A program made the position numbers and the translations under genes. Shown here in pieces: positions 13,324-26,922 of a stretch of DNA of 64,000 bases (positions within the stretch are counted from its first letter, which is position 1; each line of letters begins with the position of its first letter). The notes under the pieces are model-generated. The model ran no database searches, had not been told where the DNA came from, and saw only the letters and a program-made list of their open reading frames with translations. This stretch comes from Lama glama (lineage: Eukaryota): assembly GCA_028534125.1 (NCBI GenBank), contig CM052831.1, positions 14,260,001-14,324,000 of the forward strand, in the 5' to 3' direction.

Positions 13324-16300
13324 GTAAGGACTTGTCAGTTACTTGATGATTGTTTTGGGGGGTGGGGTTGGGGGGCTGGTGGTGGGAAGGGACGCTGTCT
13401 GGCTGGACTTGACTAAATGTGTTTTAGAGTGGATGGAGGAGACAGCCAGGGCTCATTTTATTAAGTTCGGAGGATCCGTTTGGTATAGAAGGTATTGGGG
13501 TTTGTCTTTTAACTGTCTAGTGATTTGTAGGCAGTCTGCAGGAGCCTGGATAACGAATGCATGTTTGGAATCTTCTCCATATAAATGCATCACAACTCTC
13601 ATTTGAATGCATGACTTTCTTAGATGATTTAACTTGATACAAATGCTATTGTTTCTTTTGGGAGGAGGGAAAAAGAAAAAAAAAAAACACCTACCTGCTT
13701 ACTGGGTAGCATTGCTCTCAACTGGTGTTTCCAGCCATTCACATGAATAGATTCTCTCCCTAAGCTTTCTTATACATTGGATGATGAATTATTTAAAAAA
13801 TTGAAAGCCTGAAGGTTTACGGAAGCATTGCTCTGCCCTGTATATATGTCCGTGCTCACATGGAAGATGCCCCAGCACTAAGAGTAAGACATTTCTCTTG
13901 CTGTGGAAATGTCCTTTGTTGTTTTGCCAGCTTTTAGCGGCATTATGCTGCAGGTATAGGATTCTTTAAAAAAAAAAAATCAATGTTATGCTGTCCTTTC
14001 TAATGTGGTTTCCTGAAGATGCATTACCTAGTTGACATGTTAGCTAATAGCTTAGAGGCTTTAATGTTTTGCTTGGTTTTGGTGAGCTTCTACTCCCGGG
14101 GCACTGACAACAAATTAAAATGCTACTTAAAAACTCAAAATCTGAAATTCCGATGCCTGTGGAATTGATCCGGGTAAAAGAAGCTTCCCAAATTATTAAC
14201 ATTAGGATGAAGAGGGGTGTATTTCCCTGTGGCTTAGAATATGAGGGCACGGGAAAATTGATAGCCTTCTGCCATCCAGGGATAGAAAGCCTTTAAAACT
14301 TTGCAGCTTAAGGTGCTGCAGCCGAATTCTTTCCACCTGTCTCCAAGCTTGGCCGCGAGAGGCAGAAGAGAAGTTTATTCTGGAGATGAGAGAGGGAGCT
14401 GCCTGCATTCTTAAGCCCCGCTCCTAAGTTCTCCAAAGAGAAAAACCTGCAATAATTGATGTGATTCCAGTGAAACATAGTGCCATGGTGATGGGGACAT
14501 GTGACTTCGGGGCTGCTTCTCCTGTCATTTTGTGTTAATGTCCAGGCTGAAGAGTGCTGGTAGGTGTCTGCATTGGAACCACAGAGATGCCAAAGCCTGT
14601 GAGAGAGAGAGTGTGTGTGTACAGGCATGCATATGTGTCTTCCATCCCTGGGTCATAGTTAGAAACCTATTCAGCCTTCAGAAAAAATAGCAGCAAATCT
14701 GTAAGGTATGTCACATGAGCTTGAGTTAGCAGGACTCGTCCTTTTTTCTGCCCCACCCCCCGAGCCTGCTACGTGATGCAGACTTATTTTACACACTCCA
14801 CATGGAATGGAGTCTTGACAAGGAGCACACTGGGGGAGATGGAGCAGTTTTGCACAGGCAGCATGGTATCAGGTAGCAAGGTGTTCTGTTTTGTTTTGCA
14901 TCCCCTTTAAACTTGCTATGCAAAAGGATTTTTGTAGCTTCATTTGCATCTCTTCTCCCCTGAAGTGTTTTGGAATTCCCTGCTGAACTCAAAGGGTATC
15001 AAACAGGTACAGAGCCTGTATTCACCAAGTCAGTTAAGAGAATTCCCTGTGACTGTTTATTTTTGTGGAAGCCATGTCATTAGCGAGCCGCAAGCCAATT
15101 ACTCAGGCTGCATTCCTAGGAAGAAAGCTCTCTTAACTGCTTTGCCCACAGTCTGCTGGCTCTTAATTACCACAAGCTAAGAGACTGGTGTATTGCTGGG
15201 TTAGAAACGAACAAGCCCCTGGCTTGGGGCTTGTCCTTTGCTGGCTTCTCTGCCAGGACAGGGATGATGGTTTTCACAGCATTGCTGGCACACTCTGGCA
15301 GCTGCCGTACAAAATTTGGGGGCTATCAGCCAAGGTCTGCTGTTGCCGGTAGAGCTTCACTTGCATCTGTGATCAGTGGGACTTCTGCACAGGTGGATTG
15401 AGAGCAGCTTCCCTTGCCCAGTCTGAATTTTGATGAAGTCCTGCCAGAGAGACAGATGATGATGGAATTTTTTGGTAGGGTCACAGGGAATCCACGCGGA
15501 AGCCAGATGTTGTGGTTCCAGAAAGCCGTTCACATAAAGACAGATAGGGTCAGCTCTGCTGGCCGCAGAATGGAGCACACACTGCTGAAGCCTGGGTTGT
15601 GATACGCTGAGTTACCAGCAGCCCAGAGAAGATGCTACCTTCACCCAGGACCGTGTGTTTTCTTTATTCTTAGAAGTTCCCAACACTGTTGGCTTACTCA
15701 TGTGACTGACAGCTTCCTTTGCCCTGGTACCCTTTTTTTTTTTTCTATAAATGTTTTCAATAATTCAGTAGTTGGGAAAAGCCCAGAAGGACTTCTCTTT
15801 TTGATCTGATTTCCCCTTCTTGATAGCCTCTATAACTTACCCTTAATAAGCAATTTCACCTACTAGATTTAGTTTAAATGTTAAATTGATGGTTGATATC
15901 CTCGTGGGAGGTGATGGCTGTCTTCATAAAATGTTACTAATTGAATGCCTAGACGTCCCTAACATCGGGGATTTTTTTTTTTTAACCAAATGGCAGGGAC
16001 GAAAATAAGACATACCTGCTGTCAGGTTCTAGGCCTCACTGGGAAAGTTGATTGTGGGGCCCAGTTTAATCATCCTGACTGGAAACTTGTTCAGTGAAGA
16101 CTCTTGGTCTAAATCACACAGAAGGACTTTGTGTGTGAGGATTGAAAACTCTAAATATCACACCAAACCCTGAACTTAAAGTCACTATTCACCTGTTTTC
16201 TCACTAGTTCAATTCCCAACTGATACTTCCTTTTCACCCTTCTTTCATCTGTCCATCTGTCCATGTATCCTCTCATCCATCCATCCATCCATCCATTCAG

Positions 16301-18208
16301 CAGGTTGGTGTTGAGAAAGTGTTAAAGTGTCAGGTTTGGTGTGAGGCACTGGAAATGCCTTTCTTCTTGGAGCTGACAAATGATTTATTGATTGCTGCTT
16401 TCACAAAAAGGATCCATTGTCACACATCACCAAAACTTTTTATGCATTTGTTCCATCAACAAACATTTAGTGAGTATCTCCTGTATCCCAGACCCAATAC
16501 TCGTCTACAACAGGAACTAAAACAGAACACATTCATGCCCTCCCAGAACTGGGGGGAGACAAATGACCACATAAACAAGGCACATCCACACAGACCTCCC
16601 CCATGGGGCCTCCAGTGTGATGAGCATATGTTTTCAAAAGGTAACAAAGCAGAAATATAACGCAGAACCAAGGACACACATACTGAAAATCATTCAGCTC
16701 TTAATTATAATGACCTAAGGGAAGTCGCCATAAAAAGGACCCAAGATTGAATCAGATGCTGTGATGCAGCCATGGAATTGTTTCAAGTTCCCCAGCAGCC
16801 TATGCAACGTAGGGAACCACAGTATTTACTTAGTTTTTATTTTCAGATTAAAAACAGCATAAAGTGTTCACGAAGGAGACAGCATTTTCCCAGCGACTAC
16901 AAAACGTCTTATGTAAAGTTTTCTCAGAGGGGACACCCAATGATGGGCGGGGAAATCTCTTAAGCAAATGCAGCAAAGTGAAAGGTAGCAACGGGGACAG
17001 GTTTTTGTTCCATTGCCCTCTGTGCCTCACCCCTGGAAGGGATGCTGAGGACATAGACAGCTAGTCACTAAAAAATACGGCGGACAGATCACTTAGTGTA
17101 CACAGTGAGTGACCCTGACCTGAATCCTCCTGAATGCTGCCTCTTAAACCCTCCCGGTGGCCTTAGCACCCCAGTGCCACTTGTCCCAGAACCAGGGCGA
17201 TAACACCATCCACCAAAGCTCCAAGCTACAGGGAGAAGCAGCGAGAGTCGTGGATGGGAGAAGGATTATGGTTACTGGAGTCAGTCTCGTTGCCTGCCTC
17301 TGCACACAGCAGCCATACCCTCAGCCCTTTGAAGCCCAGGAAACAGACTTTGCCGTTGTAGTAGATTCCATGAAAACATCCAGTTTGAGCTTAAAATTCA
17401 TTTTCACATCCAATCAATACCTTCCTTTTCTTCTCCATTAACTCCTCTTTTTTGCCTTTTGGGAAGAAATCGTTTGACTGAGACCCATACATGCTAAAAG
17501 AAAGAGACAAAAATGAAGGACCGTCCTCTGCTTTGGCTTGTTTCTGAGACTGATTTTCATGCAACCTCCAATGACATTGGCCTGATACCTCATCAGCACT
17601 TGGAGTTTTTCCTGTTGTCCACGTACATCGCTGCAGTGGCCTTCAGCCTTGGCAGATACGTGAACTGTAAATAATTTTGCTTTAAAATGAATCGATTTGT
17701 CATTTTTAAGCCATATGAATTCTTTTCATCATTTAAGCTCCTAAGTGCTGCCTGTATTCATTTGTTCTTCCAAGCAAATATTTTCAGCTCACTTTATAAG
17801 TACGTCCATTTTGAAATCATTCTGGGAAATACTAATGAGCTGATTTTTTCCCCACCATTTCCATTTATAGAGTCCGTTGCATCTTCCCAGTTTCCCTGGC
17901 CTGTCGATAATAAGGAAATCATCTGTTTTAGGGAGGTTGGTATAGATTTATGTTAAAAGGTCCTCTGACACAGGTTCACAGCTTGTGTGTGGCCAAGGAC
18001 TTCTGTGGAGTTTTCACAACTGAACCCATTTCTTTCTTCCTAGTTGGTCCTGATTTGCTATTCAGAAATTTTAAAAAATCTTGCTTCAAAACTATCTGCA
18101 TAGTGAAAACAGCTAGTGTTGGAATTATTCATCTCAATATGTGGTGTTCCTTTCCAACCATTTTTTCAAGCTGGAGACCTGGAGGTGGAGGTCTGTGCTT
18201 CCAAGATC

Positions 18209-18350
18209 TCTTCCTTTCCCCCTTCCCTCCCCCTTACCCTCCTTCTCTCCGCACCCCCCTTCCTTTTCTTCTCCCTTGGTCCCCTTCCCTCCTCCTCCCC
18301 TCCCCTCCCCCTTCCTTTGGCCCCTCCCCATTCACTTCCTTCTCTCCCCA
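18209..18350. repeat. C/T-rich polypyrimidine low-complexity tract
   Basis: About 140 nt almost entirely C/T (ccccttccctccccttaccctccttctctcc...). Confidence 0.9.
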
Positions 18351-18637
18351 ATTCAGCCTTTCAGAATTGCCTATCAAATATGGCACCAAACTGTCCTTTG
18401 ACTTGACTTGTCCCTCTCCTTTGTCACTGCTTTTCCCCTTGGTACCAGCTACCCTGGGTCCCTCAGACAGTCTGCATAGTAGCCTCTGGACTGGCTCTTG
18501 GCTTTTACTCCCACCCCCACCACCCTTTTCAGCAGCCAGTAGCCAGGCCAAACTTCCTGGAAGTAAGCGGGCTCCTGGCCCACCCACCCTTGCTTTGAAG
18601 TCATGAATGGATTCCTCCTCCCCTGAACTAAAAAAAA

Positions 18638-18798
18638 TTTTTTTTTGATGAGTGGCAGTTTTGGGGTTTTTTTTTTTTTTAAACATTTTTTTATTGAGTT
18701 ATAATCATTTTACAATGCGTCAAATTTCAGTGTAGAGCACAGTTTTGCAGTTATACTTGAACATATATATATTCATTGTCACATTTTTTTTCTCTGCG
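18638..18798 (-). mobile_element. 5'-truncated L1 3' end (camelid-type) with TSD and double poly(A)
   Basis: Poly(T) then aaacatttttttattgagttataatcattttacaatgcgtcaaatttcagtgtagagcac (antisense L1 3'UTR). Flanking direct repeat CCTGAACTAA at 18622 and 18799. Confidence 0.8.
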
Positions 18799-21700
18799 CC
18801 TGAACTAAGAATTGAAACCCAAACTCCTTGCTCCACAAAGCCCTTGCATTTTGGGGTCTCCAAGTTCATCTCAGCCTCCTGGCTCCCCTGTTGTGACACA
18901 CTCATCTCCTCCCTGTTCTTCAAACAGTCCAAGCTCAGTTTTGCTTTGCAGACACAGCACTTGCTGCTTCCATTAATGAAATGTTCTTCCAGAGGCCTCT
19001 CCTACCTACTTATCTAAAGGACATTACAGTATATTGTCCTCAGTCTTTTATGATTATTGGATTAATATCTATCTACACACGTACACAAACACACACTCCT
19101 GGATACACAGGTATAAATTCTAAGTGCTCGGGTACCATCTCTTTCTCGCTGAGACATTGTATCTTTCAGAATCGGGCTCACAGAAGGTGATCTGTATGCT
19201 TTATTGGATGAAGGAATAAATATATTACAGGTACCTCCTTAAGAGGGGCTGCCCTGGGTGGTCTGTCATTAGTATTCTGGGAGCTTGCTCCATCCACGTT
19301 CTCAGTACGTAACAGACTCGAAGTGCATCTTGAACCTCAAATGCTTATCTTCAGGCCAGTTTCTCACCTAGAAAAATGAAGTGATAGACAGCCACCTTAG
19401 ATGCACGTCAGAGCCTGTGTGAGCACTAGTTCAGATGTGGATTTGTCCTCCTGCCCCAAGTCTTTGGAGACGTGATTCAGATTGCTGAAGAGGCGTGCAA
19501 GGTGACTTTAATTTGAGAGATATATAAACATGGCTTTTCTCCTGGACAGTTCTGGACTCTGACCAAACAAAAGACAATGTCATAGCTAACTAGACGATAA
19601 AAAGGCATATTTTGAACTTTCCACACACACACAGAGCATAACTTCACAAAGGGCCTAGGTGCCAAGGTATTACACACACAATGCATCTTCAAATTAAGTT
19701 GTTTTCATAATTGAACTTGAGAAGAAACATCAAGCGAGGTTAAATCTTATCAGGGAAAAATCCAACAAGCTTCCAGATGCTTGTGTATTTAGCCCGTGAG
19801 GGTGAGTCAGAAGATGCCATTTAGTGATAGCATTTGTGGTGGCATAGTTTTTAGAAGATCTTCCCAGGATGCTGCTTGCCTTTCATTTTCCAAATTTAGG
19901 GACAAGGCTTAGACGGCATTAAAAGGGAAAGGAGGGGTGCAGTTTGATGGAGAAACAGTTTTGCAAACTCATTCTGTATGGTAGCTGTCATTTGGTGATA
20001 AATTGGACCTCAATGTGTTGTTTTTTGGGGAGGGGAGAAAAGGTGAGAAAATTTTTTTTAATGGCCCCAGGTATTTCTCGTAAACGTCATTTGCATTTGC
20101 ACAGTCTGGTTTTGGCGAAGCCGTCTCTTCAGTTAAACTCAAGGTTTCCAGGTCCTCCATGTCAGATTTGTTACACTGGGACAGCCACCGCAGTCTTGGA
20201 AACCCGTGAGGTGACGTACAGAATCAGTGTGCGTGTCTTTGCGGGTGTGTGTGTATAAAAGCATGTGTGCATTCTCTGCTGGAGGAAGGTCCAGACTCTC
20301 TTAGTGGGTCAGGGTTGTCAGAAAGCTGTTTCTCCTGTTCAGGAAGAGGCAGTGATTGGAAGAGGTTAAATTTGGAGAGGTTACAGAGTAAGCCCAGGAA
20401 AGGAAGAAGAAGAGAGGTGTGGCGTTTCCCTCAGGGGATCCTGCAGCAATGGACCAACCCCACATCCAGCATTTGCTCCTCGCTTGAAAAACCAGGAGAG
20501 GGTGGGCGCTTGAAGGGAGGGGCACAACTCTCAGGGTGAATCCAGAGGTCCTTAATCTATTGCACTATTTGCTTTTACTTGTAAAATATCTTTTTCCTCC
20601 TTCCAAGAAGAGAGCAGAAACAAAGCACTACCACAGTGTAAAAAAATAGAAACTAATAGTCTCATTAATTTTCCTTTCCAAGGTTCATTTCAAAATGAAA
20701 ATAGCTTTGCATTTTGTCTTGATTATACAAAGCATTCTCTTTACGTTGTAAAAATAAGAAGTAGGCAGTACAGGAACATATAAGAGACGGGACAACCCAC
20801 CCGAAATCCAACTTGTTTCTCTGTCTGCTGGGGTGTGTGCACACCCGACATGGGCTGACACCCCACATGCTTGTTTATAACAGGGACCCTTGTAAAGATC
20901 ACAGTAGGGAGGCACGCAAATTCCCACGCACAGGGAAGGGGGTGTGGGGACTGTATGCATCATTAACACTTTTCTGCATCTGAAAATCTTCAGCATGTCT
21001 CCAGGGGAAGCACAAGGCAGGTACTGACTTTCTCGGGGCTGAAATGGGAGAGCTGGTCCCGAGGGCCGAATTCACTTTGGTGAGGGGGTGGGACGCTTTT
21101 GGAAGTTGGCAGAACCAGGTTCTCTCCCAAGTCTTTGGAATACTGATGCATCCAGGTCGGAGCTGAGCACGTTGTCTTCAAAAGGGAACAATGGGGACAT
21201 GGGGGTGAAGGTGATGGTGTGTCCTTGCCCAAAGGTCCATGTGTTTCCTGACACCTTTCCCAGAGTGCGTTGTCCCCTTGAGTCTGAGTTAATTGAGCTT
21301 TCTCGTACATTCTTACCAAGACCTCTCTGCTGGGTTAGCATATGGCCCTCATATTTCTCCCACAAGCACACCAAGCATAATTTCAAATGGTCTCTTGGTC
21401 TTTGCTAAATGCATGCCCAGTTTTCCTCAACTTTGAATCTTCACTGAAACCTATATTCAGAGCTGTAATCTGTAAAAGTCAGGGATGGTGAAGTTTGTGT
21501 CCTCCTTGGCCTTTCTTCAGATTTCAAAGCAAGGACTAGAGGGAGGGGGAGTAGAGAGGCCTGAGAAATGAATGAAAGGGACCTGAGAAACGTCCATCAA
21601 GTTGGGGAATGGAAGATGGAGGCCACCTGAGGAGAGAGCAAGGAAGAACCATTGTGCTAAGACTGATTGTTAAGACCCAGGGCAAGAATTTGATGCTTTT

Positions 21701-22817
21701 AAAGAACTTGACGGAACTGGAATGTCTGAGTCACGAATCTTATAAACTAAAAACTCCTAAGCTCTGCAGGACCTGTAAGAGAGGTTGGCAGTGTCCAGTT
21801 ATGATGCTCTGAGGTCGATAAATGTAGTGACGTGGCATCTGTTGTGTGAGAGACAGGAGTCTAGGATTTTTATTGTGAACGGGGGGAAACTAAACACCTG
21901 GGCTTACCACATCTTTTTTATCGGAGAAAGTAAGAGCTGAAATGTTTCATGTTTTCCCCCTCCAGTATTTTTCCTTCCACTAGATTTTGTTTTACATTCA
22001 GTTGCCCTTCAGACCAAGAGCATCTCAAAAAATGGGAAGGGTCTTTTGCTGAGCAGGTTTTCAGGATCAGGAGCCTGCTTATTGCATTGGAATTCAGATG
22101 AAACTCTTTCCTTTTGGCTGCTACTCGGACTTTGGACAAGTTGCAGATCTGAGAAGGCTGACCCCCTGAGGTCAACACATATATAAAAATGGATCTCAGT
22201 TTTCAACCAACAGTAGTGTCAGGAGATCAAGAGGTGAAATGTGAGGCCTCAAAAATTGATTCGCTAAGAATTATGAAAGCTCTTCAGATAATAGTTATGT
22301 ATATACTTAGAAGTACAAGGGCACATCAATCTTAGATGTGATTCTTTAAAGATCTGATTCCTGTTTCTTACAGGCTACAAGGACTGATGGTAAATCCTTA
22401 GATAGAAGTTGAATATTTTATTAATGAAAGATGGAAGATGTGGGGTCCCAAGGAGCATTTTTAGCCCTGATTGTGGATTCCTTTTGGATATGATAGCCTT
22501 CTATTCAAACCACTCATGGTATTTGGTGCCGCATGTTTTGTTTCAAAATGAAGATGTTAAAACAGATACAGCTTGTAATAAGCGAGCCCAGTGTCTTAGC
22601 GGAGAACCTGTGATGCAAATTGGATTTGTTTTCTGCTCCAGCCCAGAAAGCTGCCGGGTTTATGATTATATGCTTCCATCTGGCCCGCCCCTCTGTCTGT
22701 CTGCCAGTCTCCTGGGGATGTACTGCCTTCAGCAGGAGCTGGGCGAAGGGGGAAGCCAAAATGTTGCTGATGTGTCTATGTACATGTGCAAACAAGTGCC
22801 CAACAAAGACAGGCTGA

Positions 22818-23108
<291 letters not shown>

Positions 23109-26100
23109 TAGCACCCGGGCGCTTGTCTTCCCCAGATCCCGCCGCCGGCCTCCAACTTTCTCTTGAGGCTTATTGAGAATAGATTTTCAGAGCGTAAACC
23201 AGAGAGAGGTGACTCCAGGTGAGAGGTGAAAACGTCTCAGAGCAGCGTTCGAACCTGCTGGATATTCGCGGAGCCTCTCTTAGGTCCTCAGTTTGGGGAA
23301 GGGTAGATATGGACGGTCATCAGATGAAGGGTCTGGGTAAAAGTTGACTTTATTTTTCCTTTTTGTTAAAAGAAGTGGCAGATCAGAGCTGTGGCCTCAT
23401 TAATTCTTCCCTGCATGGAGATGGTGGCCGGCTCTGAGCACCTGTCTTCTGAAACAGCTCTGATACACAGTTGAACATAAATCTGATTGGTTTGGATGGC
23501 AGGAGTAATGAGAAGAAATTAAGTGCTTTCTTAGTGGTCTCCTGGTTTTTTAAGGATAGTGGTAATTTCTTTTTTTAACCATTATCAGTCTTTCTAAACA
23601 TTCCCCTTAAAAAGGAAAAAAAAAAAGCAGTGAGTGCTTTGTGCTTTAATTATTTATACCGTGGTTGAGCATGTTCCTTTGACTTTACCTTTTCAATAAA
23701 TATGAGCTAGTGATGTCATACCTGGTAACTTTCTGGCTCTTATAAATGGAAAAGGCCCTTAATGTTTCATTTTTTTACTTTTTATGATGAAATGATTGCC
23801 AAAGACTATTCACCATGAATAACATTCATTTATCTTACCATTCCCGAAGTTCTTAAAATGCTTTCATCTTAGGGGATGCAAATAGGCCCTGTTTGGGGGT
23901 GGGGGGGCTGTTATTCTTAGTGACGTTTTCTCATGAGGATGCATGGTCACGATGAACAGGTATGAAGTCCATGCTCCTCCTTGTGTTCTCTTTTTGTCCT
24001 GGGACAGGAGAGAACGTCTAATGAGGGAGGAGGCCGGGTTTGGTGAAGGGTCTGATGGAAACTGGAAGAGAGCAGAGAATCATTCTCACCCTCTTCTTGG
24101 TTGTAGTCCCTTCATCAGTGGTTACTTTTGTAGCCACAGCTGTGCTTCTCTCTCAGCAAAGCCCCCTGGAGAATCCAGGCACAGAGGTGGTGGGAGGTGT
24201 GGGAAGTGCTCCTGCCTCCCGCCCACCCGCTCGGACTTGGCCATGAAGCATTTCCTTTGCTGGCCGACGTAACTCCTCTCTGATCCAAACAAAACAGGGG
24301 AGCTAGGCCAGCATCCCCGCCAGAGGAGAGCTGGCCACACTACGGGTGAAAGTCAGCACTTTGGGGACACAAGGCACATCTGGGGTCTTGCTGAGTATCA
24401 AATTCTAGGAAGTCACTCAGGGGGCCCCCTGGTCCTTTCCCCCTTCAAGGGAGAGAGATCATTGCCTCCAGATTATAATGGTGCGTGGAATTATGCAGGC
24501 TGTTTGGGCTAAGGGTTCACTATGTCAGGAAAAGCCCGATCATTTGAGAAGGGATTTATTTAGGAAGACCCCAGAGTACGCCTGACCCTTGGCGAGAGGA
24601 GATGCAGTTCCCCGGGAGCATCCTTGTAAGCAGGCGTTGCTAAGCCGGTGTTACTAAGCGTCTATTCTCCCTGTGTCCTCTCACTAACCGTAGTGATTTC
24701 ACTGGAGAAACGCTTTCCAAAGCGGAATGTTTTCATGTTCCATTCACATTTCTCTCTAACCACGGGGCTCCTCGAATCAATGGCCCAACTCCAGTTGATG
24801 TGGAAATACTGCTTTATTGACCGCGCCCCTGCTTCCCTCAGTGGAGTACATGCTGATGACTGTGTTTCCATGGATGAATCTTTTCATGACAAAGTAAACC
24901 ATGTTCTGAAGGGCCGGCGGGGGCCGCACGGATCGACGCTTCTGATGCACCCAGTGAATAGGGGCTTACAGCTCAGGGGCCGTTTTCACCTTGACAGAAG
25001 CAGTATTTCTTCAGAACTTGGTACTGAATCCAATTTTTTTGAAAAGTTTTCACCAGAGGGAAAAAAAAAGCATCAAATGAGAGTCAGACTGAAATATCTG
25101 GATTAGCACCAGGGTGGGTCTCCACTTTCTCTAACATCTAAGGAGGAGGACCTGGCAGCACAAATGAGAATCCATTTTTTGGCGATTGGAGGCTCTGTAA
25201 TTGAGTGTTGGCAGCAACCTAATAGATGTGAAAATTCACACAGGTTTCCTCCTCACAGTAAACGAGGACCATGGTAGGACTTTTCTCTCCGATGGTGATT
25301 GTTCCATATCCATCAACGGTTTTCTTTGCTTCACAGTACCTACAAATGAACCTATGCCAATCTTGTCTTTTAATGAGTATTTCGCTTTATCCCATCAGTC
25401 TCTGCCATTCCCTTAGGCTATTTTTTTTAACCTTGTCTTTTGAAAAAAAAAAATGCAGCCTGTAGTCTGGTTAGGAATGATTCCCTGCCCGACCCCTCAA
25501 GGCATATTAAAATGAGCAGAGTACTCCAGGGAAAACAGGAGAGCTGAAGTCAGCAATAGCACCTTCATTGTACCCTCAACTTCTCCCCGTTTTTTGGGGG
25601 TGGGGAGGAAATATATTTTCCTTGCATTTCATTTCATTGTGAAGATTCTTAACATAGTCTCCGATCCAACTCTTTCACGTGGTCTAGATGCTGTGCAAAA
25701 ATAACAAATTCTCGATACGGCCATCTGTCGAGACAGGAGTGTCTGAATGAATCAAGCCGAAGTACAGATGTGCTCATAAATCCCTCTGAAGAACTCAAAG
25801 GACACATGAGAGTCCTTTAGAAGCCACTTTGCCTGTTTTGTGTTTTCTGTAGATAACAAGCCAGTGGTGCCCATCCTTAAGAAATGACAGTGATGCTGTC
25901 TCATTCATTAACTGTTAAGGAAGAACAGCTCGTATCCACTAGTGTTGCCTACAAAAGAAAGTCTGAAGCTTTTGGCAGTTGAAACTTTGCCTGTTGATAA
26001 AATAGTCGGGAAAGAAAAAATGACAAAGCTGTCCTATTAACCACAGCTGTCCCTCGAGAGCGACGTGCTTATGGATCTGGAATTGGGGAGCGGCTCCTTT

Positions 26101-26676
26101 ATCACAGTGAATTTGAGGAGCTGAGCTGTGCATCTAGATTTTAAGAGCTGTTATGACAGTTCTTATTTGGTGTTTGTTCAGCTCTTGGCCAGATCTGATG
26201 ATTTGTGTCAGTAAATAAAAGACTATTCTGCCTGAACTGCCTAGAATTCATCCGAATAGGTATTAGCCCAAGAATTAATCCCATCAGGAACTTGACACTA
26301 CTTTAAATAAACGTAGGAGTGTGGCAGTGACAGAAGTATGCTCTAAGTTTTTTTTTTTTCCTTCAAAAGGGAAAAAGGGTTTAGACAAATCTAAAGTTCA
26401 TGACACGCTTCAAACAAGGTCATACAAGAATGTGTACTTCGGGGTGTAATTAAATAGGAAGAGTCTAAGATGGTAATGGAAATTCTCAAACGGTACAGTT
26501 TTAAATTCTAGCTTTTTGACAAGAAAAGTACCATAAAAAAAAAGAGGGAAAAAAGAATCAAACCATAGTCTTTTAAAATCCACAGCAGCCTTGACCTTTA
26601 CTGTGAAAGCTTAACTGCACGTTTCTTATCAATCAAAACTAAATTAAAGTGAACTAAGAGAAAGCACATACATTAA

Positions 26677-26922
<246 letters not shown>

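Noticed and set aside
12633-13346. Long ORFs spanning N-runs (here and at 31381, 48963-51473, 55784-56112)
   Set aside because: Their length is an artefact of Ns containing no stop codons
17950-18686. 218-aa and overlapping ORFs on both strands
   Set aside because: Produced by a stop-poor low-complexity C/T tract; no domain or splice support
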